This document shows, piece by piece, positions 12,035 to 25,000 of a DNA stretch of 64,000 bases. Below the pieces are notes generated by a model. The model searched no databases and was not told where the DNA came from. It saw only the letters and a list, made by a program, of their open reading frames with translations. Source of the stretch: Dendrobates tinctorius (taxonomy: Eukaryota); the NCBI RefSeq assembly GCF_039654945.1, contig NW_027361713.1, positions 7,564,001 to 7,628,000 of the forward strand, in the 5' to 3' direction. The position numbers and the translations under genes are program-made. Positions within the stretch are counted from its first letter, which is position 1. Every line of letters starts with the position of its first letter.

Positions 12035-13575
12035 AGGGAACCTGTCACCTGTTTTGGCCACTATAAGATGCAGACACTGCCTTTCAGGGCTTATCTACTG
12101 CATTCTATAATGCTGTAGATAAGCCCCCGGTCCAACCTGAAAGATAAGAAAAATAAGTTTTATTATTCTCACCCGGGGGTGGTCCAGTCCAATGGGTGTC
12201 GCGGGTCTGGTGCCTCCCATCTTTTTGCTATGACGCCCTCCTGCTTTCTTCATCGCTACCTGGCATTGCGCTGGTGCACAGGTGTACTTCTCTGCCCTGT
12301 CGAGGGCAGAGCAAAGTACTGCAGTGCACAGGCGCCGTGAAAGGTCAGAGAGGCCCAGCGATTCTGCACTGCAGGAATCTACTACGCCCTCAACAGGGCA
12401 GAGAAGTACGCTTGCGCAGGAGTGCGATGCCGGGGAGCGATGAAGCAAGCAGGAGGGCGGCGGCGCAAAAAGATGGGGGGCACCGGAGCCAGACCTGTGA
12501 CACCCATCGGACCGGACCACCCCCCTGGGTGAGTATAATAAAACTTATTTTTCTTATCTTGCAGGTCGGATCGGGGGCTTATCTACAGCATTCGACTCTG
12601 CAAAAACTCTTACTGTTTCTCTTATTCATTCTCTTCTGAATTATTGTTACTCTCTACTAATCGGTCTCCCTCTTACCAAACTCTCCCCTCTCCAATCCGT
12701 CCTGAATGCTGCAGCCAGGATCGTATTCCTCACCAATCGTTATACCGATGCCTCCACCTTGTGCCAGTCCTTACACTGGCTACCCATCCACTACAGAATT
12801 CAGTATAAACTTATTACCCTCACCCACAAAGCACTCCATGCCTCAGCACCACCCTACATCTCCTCCCTCGTCTCGGCCTACCACCCTACCTGTGCCCACC
12901 GTTCTGCTAATGACCTGAGGTTAACATCCTCATTAATCAGAACCTCCCACTCCTGTCTCCAAGACTTTTCACATGCCGTGCCGATTCTTTGGAATGCACT
13001 ACCCAGGCTAATACGATTAATCCCCAACCCCCACAGTTTTAAGTGTGCCTTAAAAAACGCATTTGTTCAGACTCGCCTATCGCCTCAACGCACTAACCTA
13101 AATATCCCTTTGTGGCTCATTTCAAAATTTTTTACCATATCCAGGTTCCTCGCATCATGTTCTCACATGCTTTTGGCATTTAATAGCCTTCTGTGTCTGT
13201 ACTGTTACATATTTAGACTGTTAACTAGTTCATGCAGCAAGAGGAACACCTTTTTCTTACACTAGGGATGGTCCAAACAATAAAAGCAATTGTTACCATC
13301 CACCTTTCATGTCTCCCCTTTTCCCTTATAGATTGTAAGCTTGCGAGCAGGGCCCTCATTCCTATTGGTATCTGTTTTGATCTATGTGTTTATTGCTATG
13401 CTATGCTGTAATGTCTATTGTCTGTAGAAGTCCCCTCTATAATGTAAAGTGCTGCGGAATATGTTGGTGCTATAGAACTAAAATTATTATTATTATTATT
13501 ATTATTATGCTGCAGATAAGCCCTGAAAAGCAGTGGCCACATCTGACAGAGGACAAAACAGGTGACAGGTTTCCT
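12035..13575. mobile_element. Palindromic Kolobok/T2-like MITE interrupted by an L2 fragment
   Basis: TTAA|AGGGAACCTGTCACC ... GGTGACAGGTTTCCT|TTAA; long internal inverted repeats (12095-12330 versus 12365-12592). Confidence 0.85.
12593..13506 (+). mobile_element. 5'-truncated L2-clade LINE (3' end of ORF2, 3' UTR and (ATT)n tail)
   Basis: ORF 12759-13265 contains SLHWLPIHYRIQYKL...APPYIS...LWNALP, typical of the L2 ORF2 C-terminus; ends GTGCTGCGGAATATGTTGGTGCTATA...(ATT)8. Confidence 0.85.
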
Positions 13576-14949
13576 TTAATCATTTAACACTGGAAAAACT
13601 CCTCACAGGGAGATAACAGGATAAACAAAGAGTACAAAGGTAAAACTAAATAAAAGTCAGTTAACTAAACAGTCTCTTGTTAAAGGTTTCACTTATCATG
13701 ACTTTGCAGCCTGTCACTCTCTGAAGGCCCCATAGGTAGCAGAATGCCGGTGGTGTTCAGTGTCTGCTGGCGTCCTTGCCTAGCACACGGTCCTTCTTCT
13801 GGTGGCAGCGGGCGGTCTCTTGTTTTCCCAGCTGAGCCCCTAGTCCATATATCTGTGGAGTAAGAGAGTAGAGCTCTCCACGAGATTCCTTTCGGCGCGG
13901 GTTTCCTTGAGCAGCTGCCGTGACCTGAAGGGCTGCGCTGCAATGCTTTACCTGGCATGCGCCTCTCTGGATATCTGCCGACACAGGACGTTGGGACTGC
14001 GAGGCTTCGTCGATCGCAAGCTCCCCTGTGCACCTGCCACTTTTGGCGAGTCCCACTATGCCGCCCTTTCTCTTCACGCCGCAGACTGACACTCCCCTCA
14101 CAGCAGTTGCGGTCTGCACTTCATCGGCGTTCTGATGGGAATGCCGCTTCAGTTGCTGCGCAACCCATTTTAATTCACACTGACTGGCCACGTCCCATTC
14201 ACCCTGGTTACTGGCTCGCTCCGGCTGCAATCTCGTTCCCCCCAGGAACAGGAGGATCGGCCCCAGCAGTTCCGAACCCGACGTTTCAGCAGCTGTAGCA
14301 CCCAGTCCTCCCTTCTATATCCCCGCCTTTCTTTACCTCGCCATTCCACGGGCGAGAGTTCTTTCACCAGTCGTTCACACTTCTCGACTTCTTGGATAAT
14401 AGTCTGCCAGATAAACTGATCTTACTTGTAGCAGGAGGCACTCCAGCTGTGGTTGGCTCTGACGGCGTAATTTGGCCTGACCTGTGGGCGGTAAAGCGAT
14501 GCTCTTACCCAGTGGGTCTACTGCTTTAGCGCTTTCCAGCGTGGGCGACTCAGTGTTCATCTCCCCAAGTGGGGTAGATGGCACATCATTGAGGCTTAGG
14601 CACGGAGCTAACATTCCTTCTTCTTCATCGAAGTCGGGGACCAGAGCTGGGAGCACCTTCCTGTTTTTTTTCAACTCTTCCCCCACTTTTGGGTTACTTG
14701 GACAAGCAGGGCCGCAACATGCTACGATGGACAACTATAGTGGGTGCTTCCCCCTCCTGTTCAGGCTGAACTTCGTACACTGGACCATTAGGACCAACCC
14801 GTCGTATCACTCGGTGTGGAGTTCGCTCCCAACAGCTTTCCAATTTTTCCCGGGGCCGCTTATTCCGGACCAAGACTCGGTCCCTGGGTCTCAGAGCTGT
14901 CCCGCAAATAGGTGGTGCCTCATGGTGCTTAAGTTACTGAAACTTCGTC

Positions 14950-17090
14950 TGAACCACTAGACGGAGAGTCTGCAATCAGTGCTGATGTTCCTTAACCCAA
15001 GAGGATACCCCTGTCCAGGGGTAGTCATCCTCTGGGTCCAGTTCCAGCTCTGTAATCTCTTGTCCTTTTTGCCCGAACAACAAGGTGTACGGCGTAAACC
15101 CGGTCGTGCTGTGCACTCGGTTGTTGTACACCCACACCAATTCTGCCACAAACTCAGGCCACCATATATTCCGGTCTTTTTCCAAAGTACGTAACATCTG
15201 GATTAATGTTCAATTGAAGCGTTCACAGGCCCAATTCCCTTGAGGGTAGTAGGGAGTAGTTCTGGACTTCCCAATCCAGTACAAATGGTACAGTTCTTCC
15301 ATAACTCGTCCTTGGAAGCAGGTGCCTTGATCAGAGTGGATCCTTTTCGGGCAGAAGTACACATGGATGAAATCTTGACAAATAGCCTGTGCAGCTGATT
15401 TGGCGGTCTGATCTCTAGTTGGAGTTAGCACAGCAAACTTGGTGAAGTGGTCGGTCATCACCAGACAATGTTCATAGCGAAGATGTGCTTGTCCTACAGT
15501 CAGGTAGTCAATCATCAATACTTCCAAAGGAGCAGAGGTCACAATGGTCTGTGTTGGGGCCCACTGTTCTGGGGGTTTAGCCAGCTCACAGCTTCTGTAT
15601 TGTTGACACGCATCTTCCACCTCATTCCTCAGTCATGGGTGATACACCAATTTCTGTAGCCACCAGAACATTTACTCTGCACCGAAGAGAGCCCCTTGCT
15701 CATGAGCCTCAGTATTCACAATCTTGATTGATTTCTCCAGGAGTACTACTTGCCAAGTAACTCCTTCTTCTTGCAACAGCTGTACTTTCCGATACAACAA
15801 TCCATCTCTCCAGCAGAGGTTTTCCCATTGTTCCAGAATCCTCAGGGCACCTGAGGACAGTGCATTCCTCTCCCTCGGACTAGGAAGTTGTTTCAATGCC
15901 ACCCACTGTCGCAGCTGGGCAGTCTCTTTGTCCATTTGTTGGAGTTGGCTCCAGTCATCTCGGTTCCAACCTAGGACCTGATCTTCAGACTCTTCCTCGA
16001 TCTGTCCCTGCATCACCAGTGTGGACAGGAAGACAGGTTTTGGCATCCAGGAATCTCTTCTGCCTCAAGTTCCTTATCTCGATCATGGCCAGGACTTTTG
16101 TGCGTCACCCTGGAGAGTACGTTGGCATGAGTATTCTTGGCCTTGGCCTGGTAGACAATCAGTGAGGGCCATTTTCAAGGCTCGAAAGGCTTCCTCTTGC
16201 TGGTCTCCCCACTGGATGGTCCGGTTCTTCAAGCTGGCCGACACTTCCTTCAGCAGTTCCAGCAAGGGGTTTGCTATACGGGTGAAGTTTTTCACAAATC
16301 GCCAGTAGTAGCCAGTAAGCTCTAGGAAAGCCCGTACATCTTTCACTGTCTTAGGAGTGGGCCATTCTTGCACGGCCACCACTTTCTCTCATGCAGGTCT
16401 TATTCCTTCACTCGACACAATATGCCCCAAATACTCAATTTGCTTACGGAAAAGATGACATTTCTTTTGCTTCACCTTCAGGCCATGATTCTGTACCTGG
16501 CTCAACACTTGTTCTAGCCGCTGTAGGTGCTCCTCAAAGGTGGGCGCCTAGACGATAATGTTATCACAGTAGATCAAGGTAGCTTCAACATTCAAATCTC
16601 CCAAACATCGCTCCATTAAGCGCTGGAATGTCCCTGGAGCGTTAGTCAGTCCAAAGGGCATGAGATTGAACTCAAACAGTCCCATGGGCAGTACAAATGC
16701 TATTTTCAGCTGGTCATGTTCTGCCATTAGCACCTGCCAGTACCCGCTGGCCAGATCAAGGGTGGAAAAATACTTTGCCTGTCCCAGGACAGAGAGGGAC
16801 TCATGAATTCGGGGTAACAGATAAGAGTCACGCACAGTGCAAGGGTTCAGCCGCCTACAATCGACACAGAACCGCAGAGTCCAGTCTTCGGACTAGCACA
16901 ATAGGAGCCGCCCACAGACTCTGACTCTCTCGTATTACTCCACTTTGCAGAATGTGAGCCAGCAGCTCCTTTACCTCCTTGTACATCTGGTGCTGCACTC
17001 CCGATAGCAATTTCATGAGTGATGGTTTGAGTGCAACAGAGGTCATCTTCATGGCGGGCAAAAACTTCCCGATAGCGCTCCAGTACATCC
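14950..17090 (-). pseudogene. Disrupted Gypsy pol (RT, RT/RNase H linker, integrase)
   Basis: Fragments in several frames: YLLPRIHESL..KYFSTLDLASGYWQV..MPFGLTNAPGTFQRLM..YCDN (degenerate YxDD); WPTPKTVKDVRAFL; integrase CRSC, DHFTKF, IHSDQG, TTPYYPQGNWACERFN, HSTTGFTPYTLLFG. Confidence 0.93.
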
Positions 17091-17881
17091 TCTACTTGCT
17101 GCACTTGTTGATGTGATGGTCCTGTCAATTCTGCCCGCATCCACTCTAAAATTCTACGACCTCCTTTCTGGCTGCCAGGTGGAGACTCCAGTGTGGCTGC
17201 AACTGCTAGAGTCCAGTGATCCCCTCACACAACGGCTAGAGAATAGAGCTCTCCACGAGATTCATCTCAGCGCGGGTCTCCTTGAGCAGCAGCCATGACC
17301 TGAAGGGCTGCGCTGCAATGCTTTACCCGGCATTCGCCCCTCTGGTTATCAGCCGACACCTGGATGTTTGTACTGTGATACTCCATTGATCGCACACTCC
17401 CCTGCGCACCCACCAGTTTCGGTGAGTCCCTCGCTATGTCGCCCTTTCTCTTCACGCCGCGGCCTGTCGCTCCCCTCACAGTTGTTGCGGTCTGCACCTC
17501 ATCAACGTTCTGGCGGGAAGACCGCTTCAGTTGCTGCGCAACCCATTTTACTTCACACTGACTGGCCACCCCCCTTCACCCTGGTTACTGGCTCGCTCCA
17601 GCTGCAATATTGTTCCCTCCAGGAACAGGAGGTTTGACCCCAGCAGTTCCAGACCCGACGCTTCAGCAGCCGTAGCAGCACAGTCCTCCCTTCTACACCC
17701 GCACCTGATCGCCGCGGCACTCAGCGTGAGGCCATGCGATCGGTGCACTGTACTAGTACTGTGGTTTGCGAGAACGCACCTCCCGCACAGCTGTACTAGT
17801 ACGGCGCATGTCGGGAAGGGGTTAATATTTAATTTAGCTAAATATGGAAATTTCATTTGTTTTTATTTTGATAAAGCTTTT

Positions 17882-18840
17882 GGCTATGTGCACATGTTGC
17901 GGAATACTGTGGAAATTTCTGGGGGAATTCCGCATCTCCCTGCCGGGGGAAATACTCTAGAATTCTGCATGAGTATTTCCCACGTATTTCCCGGGATAAA
18001 CTAGCGTTTTGCAAGCGTAATTAGCTTGCAGAATGCTAGCGTTTTCCAAGCGATCTGTAACATCGCTTGGAAAACTGATTGACAGGTTGGTCAAACTTGT
18101 CAAACATAGTGTTTGACTAGTGTGACCAACTTTTTACTATTAAGGCTGCCTATGCAGCATCAACAGTAAAAAGATATAAAGTTAAAAATAATAAAAATAA
18201 AAAATCGTGTTATTCTCACCGTCCCACGCAGCGTTCCCGATCCTCGCGATGCTCCCACCAAGTCCCGTTCCCAGCGATGCCTTGCGACAATGACCTTTGA
18301 TGATGTAGCGGTCTCGCGAGACTGCTACAGTGTCGCGAAACCGCTACTTCATCAAAGGTCATTCTCGCAAGACATCGCTGGGAACGGGACTTGGCGGGAG
18401 CATCGCTGAGGCCTAGGGATGCCAGAAGGAGAGAATATCACGATTTTTTATTTTAATTCTTTTTTTTACAGGACTATGGTACCCAGAGCCTGGAGGAGAA
18501 TCTCCTCTTCTCCAGACCCTGGGTACCATCAGCACATTTTCCACTTACTTTGCGCATGGTGGCCATAGCCACATGTGGAAAGTAAGCGGAACAATGCTTT
18601 CCTATGTGTGCGGAATTCCTGCGATTCCGCACAAAGAATGAGCCAGCTGCGTATTTTTCCGCGATGCGATTTTGCCGCGGGAAAATACGCAGCATTAGCA
18701 CAGCATGTGCGGAATGCCATTGAATACAAAGGGTTGCTTATTTTATGCATTTTTGCAGCGTTTACGCCGTGTTTTCGTGACGAAAAAACACAGCAAAAAT
18801 GCATAAAATCCATGGGAATTCCGGACGTGTGCACACAGCC
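17882..18840. mobile_element. PIF/Harbinger-like non-autonomous element (same family as 35670-36587)
   Basis: TIR GGCTATGTGCACA / TGTGCACACAGCC|TTA; colinear with 35670-36587; internal palindromes. Confidence 0.8.
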
Positions 18841-20316
18841 TTAAAAATGTTTTAAGTAGGGACTGAATTTTCAACAAACTTTGCAGAAATAGGTGACTAC
18901 ACTGATCACTACAGCTGTGTAATTTCCTCCATGCTGCTGATTTTATTTGTGTGCTAAAAAAAAAAAAAGGATCCCTCTCTGTGTACTAGTAGTTGTATGT
19001 CAGAGATCGTAGGAGCTAATCTCCTACCACCAGCTCAGAGTGGATTGTAAATTAAGATATAGAGCCTGCAAAAACAAAACTAATGAAATTGCAGAATAAT
19101 AGTCAAATTCTGGCCAGTAATAGTGTTTCCTCATGTAAATACAGGACAGCTTACTTTGAAAGGTTATTTGAAAGTACAGTTAATCTTTAATTTTTACATT
19201 ATCATTTTGTTAATTTTTTTTTTAGAATAAATAAAAAAAGTAATACAATGTATTAATAGCAATACAACAGATGAAGCGTCGGTTCCAGATCTGCTTTTTA
19301 GCACAAGATGGATTGTTCATTCGCAGAAGACACTATCAGCAAAAATCCCAAACAAACATACATGACAATGTATTGGAATATACATTGAACCTGTAAAGAG
19401 GAGATACTATTTAGTTTTTCACAGTAAGAAAATACTCTGTAATATGGGAGCCAGACAGTTTCTTGAGGGGAGATATGTATCATCGAGGTTGGAAGCTTCG
19501 GTGAAATAAGCGCAGGAAAGCAGACTCAAGCATGTATAGTTCTGAGAGAGTCAGTAGGAAGGATCAGGGCCAAGTTTTACAAGCCATCAAAAAGATAGCT
19601 GGGAATGACTGCTCACATATCTCACGCCGGAGACGTGGTATGGCACATAAAATGGAGACTAGACTTCTCATTCAGTGTCTGTGACTGTAGCTGTGGAGAC
19701 CTCCAGTGTGCTTGTTAAAGGACACTGACCTGAGCGGGCTAACCTGCAATACTGTATGGACTATTTACTTTGGTTTTTTTCACCGTGTGCTGGAAAAGGC
19801 TGTCTTTTGTTTGCTTATGCTGAGTGGTTTATGAAGTCTTTAATAAATCAGCCCTGACATTTTAAATAAATGCTTCCTGTGACTACCTCAACTGCAGTAG
19901 ATGTAGAAACACTACATCTCTCATACATAGTATTGCAGTCTCTGTCTCACTGATGGGTTATAGACCCTTTATTCTTTATGTCCTGAGTTTGAGTACCAGT
20001 ATTGACATGCTGAATCTGAGAACTGTCTAATTTTTTAAACTTCGGATTCAAAGGTTCTGTGGTAAAAAACATCCTCTATTATACCATTGCTAAATTTCTT
20101 GTTATGAATACTTGTACTTTATTCTTGTGAAACGCATACTTGAGAATGGTTTAGAAGTCACAACAGATATTTACAAATCTACATGAATCATCAGATTAAG
20201 GAAATGTTGATGTATTAAATTTCCTTAGCAGGATTGTGATTGTTCACATTAACTGACATGGTCCTCTATCATTCACCTTACTGGATTATGCTCGCTCTGT
20301 CTCAGCTGCTCATTTA

Positions 20317-20696
20317 GGCTAGTTTCACACTTGCGTTGGGCAGAGCTGTGGAGGGCTGCAGACTTCCTCCATTAAGCCCCGCCCACTGCCGCACCTCTTC
20401 CATTCAGCTACGCCTACATCGGCATGCGTCTTGCGCATCTATCTTTAACATTGGGTACGCAGGCCATGTGAATGTATGCGGATGCCTCCGCATGCATCAG
20501 TTTGATGCTGCGCCGAACCGCAAAATGTTGCATTGTGTTGTGGTCGGCGCAGCATCAAAACAACGGATGCGGAGGCATCCGCATACATTCACATGGCCTG
20601 CGTACCCAATGTTAAAGATAGGTACAGTGGGCGGGGCTTAACGGAGGAAGTACGCAGCCCTCCGCTGCTCTGCCCAACGCAAGTTTGAAACCAGCC
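20317..20696. mobile_element. PIF/Harbinger-like foldback MITE
   Basis: TTA|GGCTAGTTTCACACTTGCGTTGGG ... CCCAACGCAAGTTTGAAACCAGCC|TTA; almost entirely palindromic. Confidence 0.88.
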
Positions 20697-20976
20697 TTAG
20701 TTGGTCTATTCGTAAAATGAGGCAAAATTCTGGTGAAAATTTGTGGGACAAATTTAGATTTTACTAAATTTATGAAAGGAGCTCATGCTATTGATGAATA
20801 TGGTGGTGAGTTTTTATACTGTTTAATGGAAGTCTGACTTGACTAAAAATTAAACGGCTTTAGTAATTCTTCTTTATACGATTTCAAACCAACTTCTGGG
20901 TCATAATGGTATTAGTCACTATTCACACAACCATGTTTCATGTATATGTTCTAGCTGTGTTTTCATGGATAGAATA

Positions 20977-21808
20977 CCGTATATACTCGTGTATAAGTCG
21001 ACCCATGTATAAGTCGACCCCCCTAATTTTACCTCAAAAAAACTGGGAAAAATGTATTGACTCGCGTATAAGTCGAGGATGGGAAATGCAGCCTTAGTGG
21101 GAGACAGCAGGAGGCTGAGAGAGACAGCGGGAGGCTGAGAGAGGGAGAGGCAACTTATGACAGGCTAACAAGCCTTTCACTTTATTGTTTTTTTAATACA
21201 GTATTTCATAACCTCATAGCAGGCTCCGTACGGGCCGTGCTAGAGGAAAACCCAGCCACCCACCTCACCTCCGCTCTTTTCAGCACGCAGCTGCGTATGA
21301 GAATCAGAGCAGGGAGGGGGTGGGGGTGGGAATGCAGGCCAGAGGAATTGAAAGTTAGAGCTGCGGAGCCGGAGGGGGAGGCGGGCCAGAGCGGCCAATT
21401 GCATTTCTCCTAAGTTCTCTGACTGGTGATTCACCAGTCAGAGAGAAAGCTTCAGCACTGCAGAGCCGGAGGGGGAGGCGGCCCAGAGCGGTCAGAGCGG
21501 CCAATTACATTCGTCGTACCTTCTCTGACTGGTGATTCACCAGTCAGAGAGAAAACTACAACTCTGCAAAGCCGGCGGGGGAGGCGGGCCGAACCGCGGC
21601 TACTCATAAAGAAGACATGGCGCCGGAGAAACGCAGAGGACATCACCGTGTGCTGGCAGTGTGCTGGCCGGACTGCCGCGTCCCCGCAACACCTCCCGAA
21701 AAGTAAGTTTGACTTAAAAACTTGCTTGACTCGCGTATAATTCGAGGGGGGTCTTTTTCAGCCCATTTTTTGGGCTGAAAAACTCGACTTATACGCGAGT
21801 ATATACGG
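20977..21808. mobile_element. Non-autonomous Tc1/mariner-pogo type element
   Basis: TA|CCGTATATACTCGTGTATAAGTCGA ... TCGACTTATACGCGAGTATATACGG|TA. Confidence 0.88.
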
Positions 21809-22036
21809 TACATATTTATGCTATTCTATTGGTGCATTAAAAAACAAACACATGTCTAAACTTTGGTCCGGTCTGTGAACTAATCTCCCAGGCGTCTATG
21901 AATGGGTCTGTGATGTAACGGACAGCATGCCATCGGTGTCACATCCATCTACTTTATGATAAAATTCAGATATGTGAATGGGGCCTTATCATAGATAACT
22001 GTCTCACAATTGGGTATTATGAAGTAACATTCTTAC

Positions 22037-22150
22037 CTCAATCTGTGCAGTATGTTTGGCATAGTATACCAGAGGGTCTTCTTTTTCTTCCTCTACTGGG
22101 GCAGTTTTTGACTTCAACATTTGTGTCAGTTGCTTATTATTTAGGCTAAG
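22037..22150 (-). CDS. ITPR3: ITPR3 exon (LSLNNKQLTQMLKSKTAPVEEEKEDPLVYYAKHTAQIE)
   Basis: Translated by hand; acceptor tttacag| and donor |gtaaga; 114 nt = 38 codons; LSLNNKQL is type 3-specific and HTAQIE is conserved. Confidence 0.94.
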
Positions 22151-22698
22151 CTGTAAATGAAATAGCCAAAATTATGTCCTCTTTAAATCAAAACCCAGAG
22201 TGGAAAGTAATGGTTAGTGTAAACCCTCTAGTCTTTGCATTTTTTTTATTACATAACTATTTGTAAGATGAAACTCTTTAGGGAGACATAGAAGAGAAAT
22301 ATTCTTCCAGACTGCGGTGTTCCTGGAAATCATAAAAATAATCAGTCACCCTTAATGAATAGTACTATGTACACCATGGACAAGTGTATGTAACATGATT
22401 AGCTCAATAATAAGGTTTTGCCTGCATTTGTACTATATACATATCAAAATAACTAGATAGTTCTGAAAATGTAATATACCTGATAAGGTTTCCCATACCT
22501 GCTGTATACTAAGCATTTTGAGTTACTTTTCCTTGGATTTTACATAAAGACACCTTGTAATTTATGCTATGTAAAAATATCTTTAACGAGCTACTCTAGT
22601 TCTCCATTAGAGTCTCTAAAAGTTTTTGGAACCCACTGTAACAAGTAATAAATGTCATTGTGGATAATATTCAAATTAAGGGAACAATTGATAATGTA

Positions 22699-24343
22699 CA
22701 GTCAAATGTAAAAGTTTGGGCACCCCTATTAATGTTAACCTTTTTTCTTTATAACAATTTTGGTTTTTGCAACAGCTATTTCAGTTTCATATATCTAATA
22801 ACTGATGGACTCAGTTATATTTCTGGATTCAAGTGAGGTTTATTGTACTAACAGAAAATGTGCAATCTGAATTTTATCAAAATTTGACCGGTGCAAAAGT
22901 ATGGGCACCTCAACATAAAAGTGACATTAATATTTCATAGATCCTCCTTTTGCAAAAATAACAGCCTCTAGTCGCTTCCTGTAGCTATTAATGAGTTCCT
23001 GGATCCTGGATGAAGGTATTTGTGACCATTCCTGTTTACAAAACAATTCCAGTTCAGTTAAGTACAAAACAATTCCAGTTCAATTAAGTTTGATGGTCGC
23101 CGAGCATGCACAGTCCGCTTCAAATCATCCCACAGATGTTCAATGATATTCAGGTCTGGGGACTGGGATGGCCATTCCAGAACATTGTAATTGTTCCTCT
23201 GCATGAATGCCTGAGTAGATTTGGAGCGGTGTTATCCATCCCCTGCGTAACTTCAACTTCGTCACTGATTCTTGCACATTATTGTCAAGAATCTGCCGAT
23301 ACTGAGTTGAATCCATGCGACCCTCAACTTTAACAAGATTCCCGGTGCCGGCATTGGCCACACAGCCCCAAAGCATGATGGAACCTCCACCAAATTTTAC
23401 TGTGGGTAGCAAGTGTTTTTCTTGGAATGCTGTGTTTTTTAGCCTCCATGCATAACGCCTTTTTGTATGACCAAACAACTCAATCTTTGTTTCATCAGTC
23501 CACAGGACCTCCTTCCAAAATGTAACTGGCTTGTCCAAATGTGCTTTTGCATATCTCAGGCGACTCTGTTTGTGGCGTGCTTGCAGAAACGGCTTCTTAC
23601 GCATCACTCTCCCATACAGCTTCTCCTTGTGCGCTGTATTGTTGACCGATGCACAGTGACACCATCTGCAGCAAGATGATGCTGCAGGTCTTTGGAGGTG
23701 GTCTGTGGATTGTCCTTGACTGTTCTCACCATTCTTCTTCTCTGCCTTTCTGATATTTTTCTTGGCCTGCCACTTCTGGGCTTAACAAGAACTGTACCTG
23801 TGTTCTTCCATTTCCTTACTATGCTCCTCACAGTGGAAACTGACAGGTTAAATCTCTGAGACAACTTTTTGTATCCTTCCCCTGAAAAGCTATGTTGAAT
23901 CATCTTTGTTTTCAGATCATTTGAGAGTCGTTTTGAGGAGCCCATGATGCCACTCTTCATAGGAGAATCAAATAGGAGAACTACTTGCAAGTGGCCACCT
24001 TAAATACCTTTTCTCATGATTTGATACACCTGGCTATGAAGTTCAAAGCTCAATGAGGTTACAAAACCAATTTAGTGATTCAGGAAGTCAGTAAAAAGTA
24101 GTTAACAGTGTTCAAATCAAGAAAATGATAAGGGTGCCCATACTTTTGCACCGGTCAAATTTTGTTTAAATGCAGATTGCACATTTTCTGTTAGTACAAT
24201 AAACCTCATTTGAATCCAGAAATATAACTGAGTCCATCAGTTATTAGATATATGAAACTGAAATAGCTGTTGCAAAAACCAAAATAGTTATAAAGAAAAA
24301 AGGTTAACATTAATAGGGGTGCCCAAACTTTAACATATGACTG
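22699..24343 (-). mobile_element. Tc1-like transposon (IR/DR type) with frameshifted transposase
   Basis: TA|CAGTC...GACTG|TA; ~210-bp TIRs with an inner GGGCACC direct repeat; fragments MGSSKRLSNDLK...GRPRK and WTDETKIELFG...GGGSIMLWGC; the region of the second catalytic Asp is deleted or frameshifted. Confidence 0.93.
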
Positions 24344-25000
24344 TATGATCAGCAGCGGTCTCATCGATGCCAAGAACATGGGTTCTGTATCCTTAAGAGT
24401 TACTGGAGTGATAATTTGCATGTATGACGACTCTTCAATTCACTTCTGTGGAACTATGGGAATGGTAGTGCACATGCATGACCACCGCTACCATAGACAG
24501 TGAACAAAGCTGTGGTAACACAAGCGTATAACCTTTCCATTTATAAAGAAAACATGGGGGCCTCTATTTTTAGAATCAGTTGAGTTCCCAGAGTCGGACC
24601 TCCGCTGATCATACATTTATCTTGTGAATACGTGTATTAAAAATAAGCATACAAAAGAAACTTACATTAGCTAGTGTTATCCTACAAAGCAAAGAAGGCA
24701 GACAAACTAAAGAAAAAGCTCCTGCACCTTTTTATTAAGTTTTTCTGAATGATAAGTGCACTTCACGAGTATCAGAGTTAACTGCACCAACACAGTAAAG
24801 TTTAATGTTTAAGGTTTGTAAGTGAATCTGAATTATTGATGCTAATTTCCCTTGATAAAAAAAACACAAAAACATTTTAAATCTATTTAACAGTTAATAT
24901 TTTAATGTGGGCAAGTTTCATTAATTCTTGCCCTTAATTATGTTATTTGTTGTCTGGTTTGTGGTTATCTCTGCTCATAAAAACGACTGCAAACACTTAA

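Larger units (their letters stand above)
6395..17697 (-). mobile_element. Gypsy/Ty3 LTR retrotransposon, internally deleted (gag, protease and part of the 5' LTR lost), with about 7.1 kb of later insertions in its 3' LTR
   Basis: 4-bp TSD CCCG at 6391-6394 and 17698-17701; TG...CA termini; 5' LTR remnant about 17230-17697 is homologous to 13860-14319; polypurine tract at 14320-14335; RT-then-integrase domain order. Confidence 0.88.
3100..17821. mobile_element. Outer non-autonomous TTAA-target (piggyBac-like) element, left end missing; host of the nested cluster
   Basis: Right end GTCGGGAAGGGG|TTAA at 17821; 3100-3290 resembles the internal repeats of the related element at 6460-12030; the sequence reads through across the Gypsy TSD (ACAGCTGACA-CCCG-CACCTGATCG); left boundary approximate. 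Confidence 0.55.

Noticed and set aside
19438-19925. Possible additional solo LTR
   Set aside because: It has a TG start and AATAAA motifs, but no convincing terminal inverted repeat or TSD.
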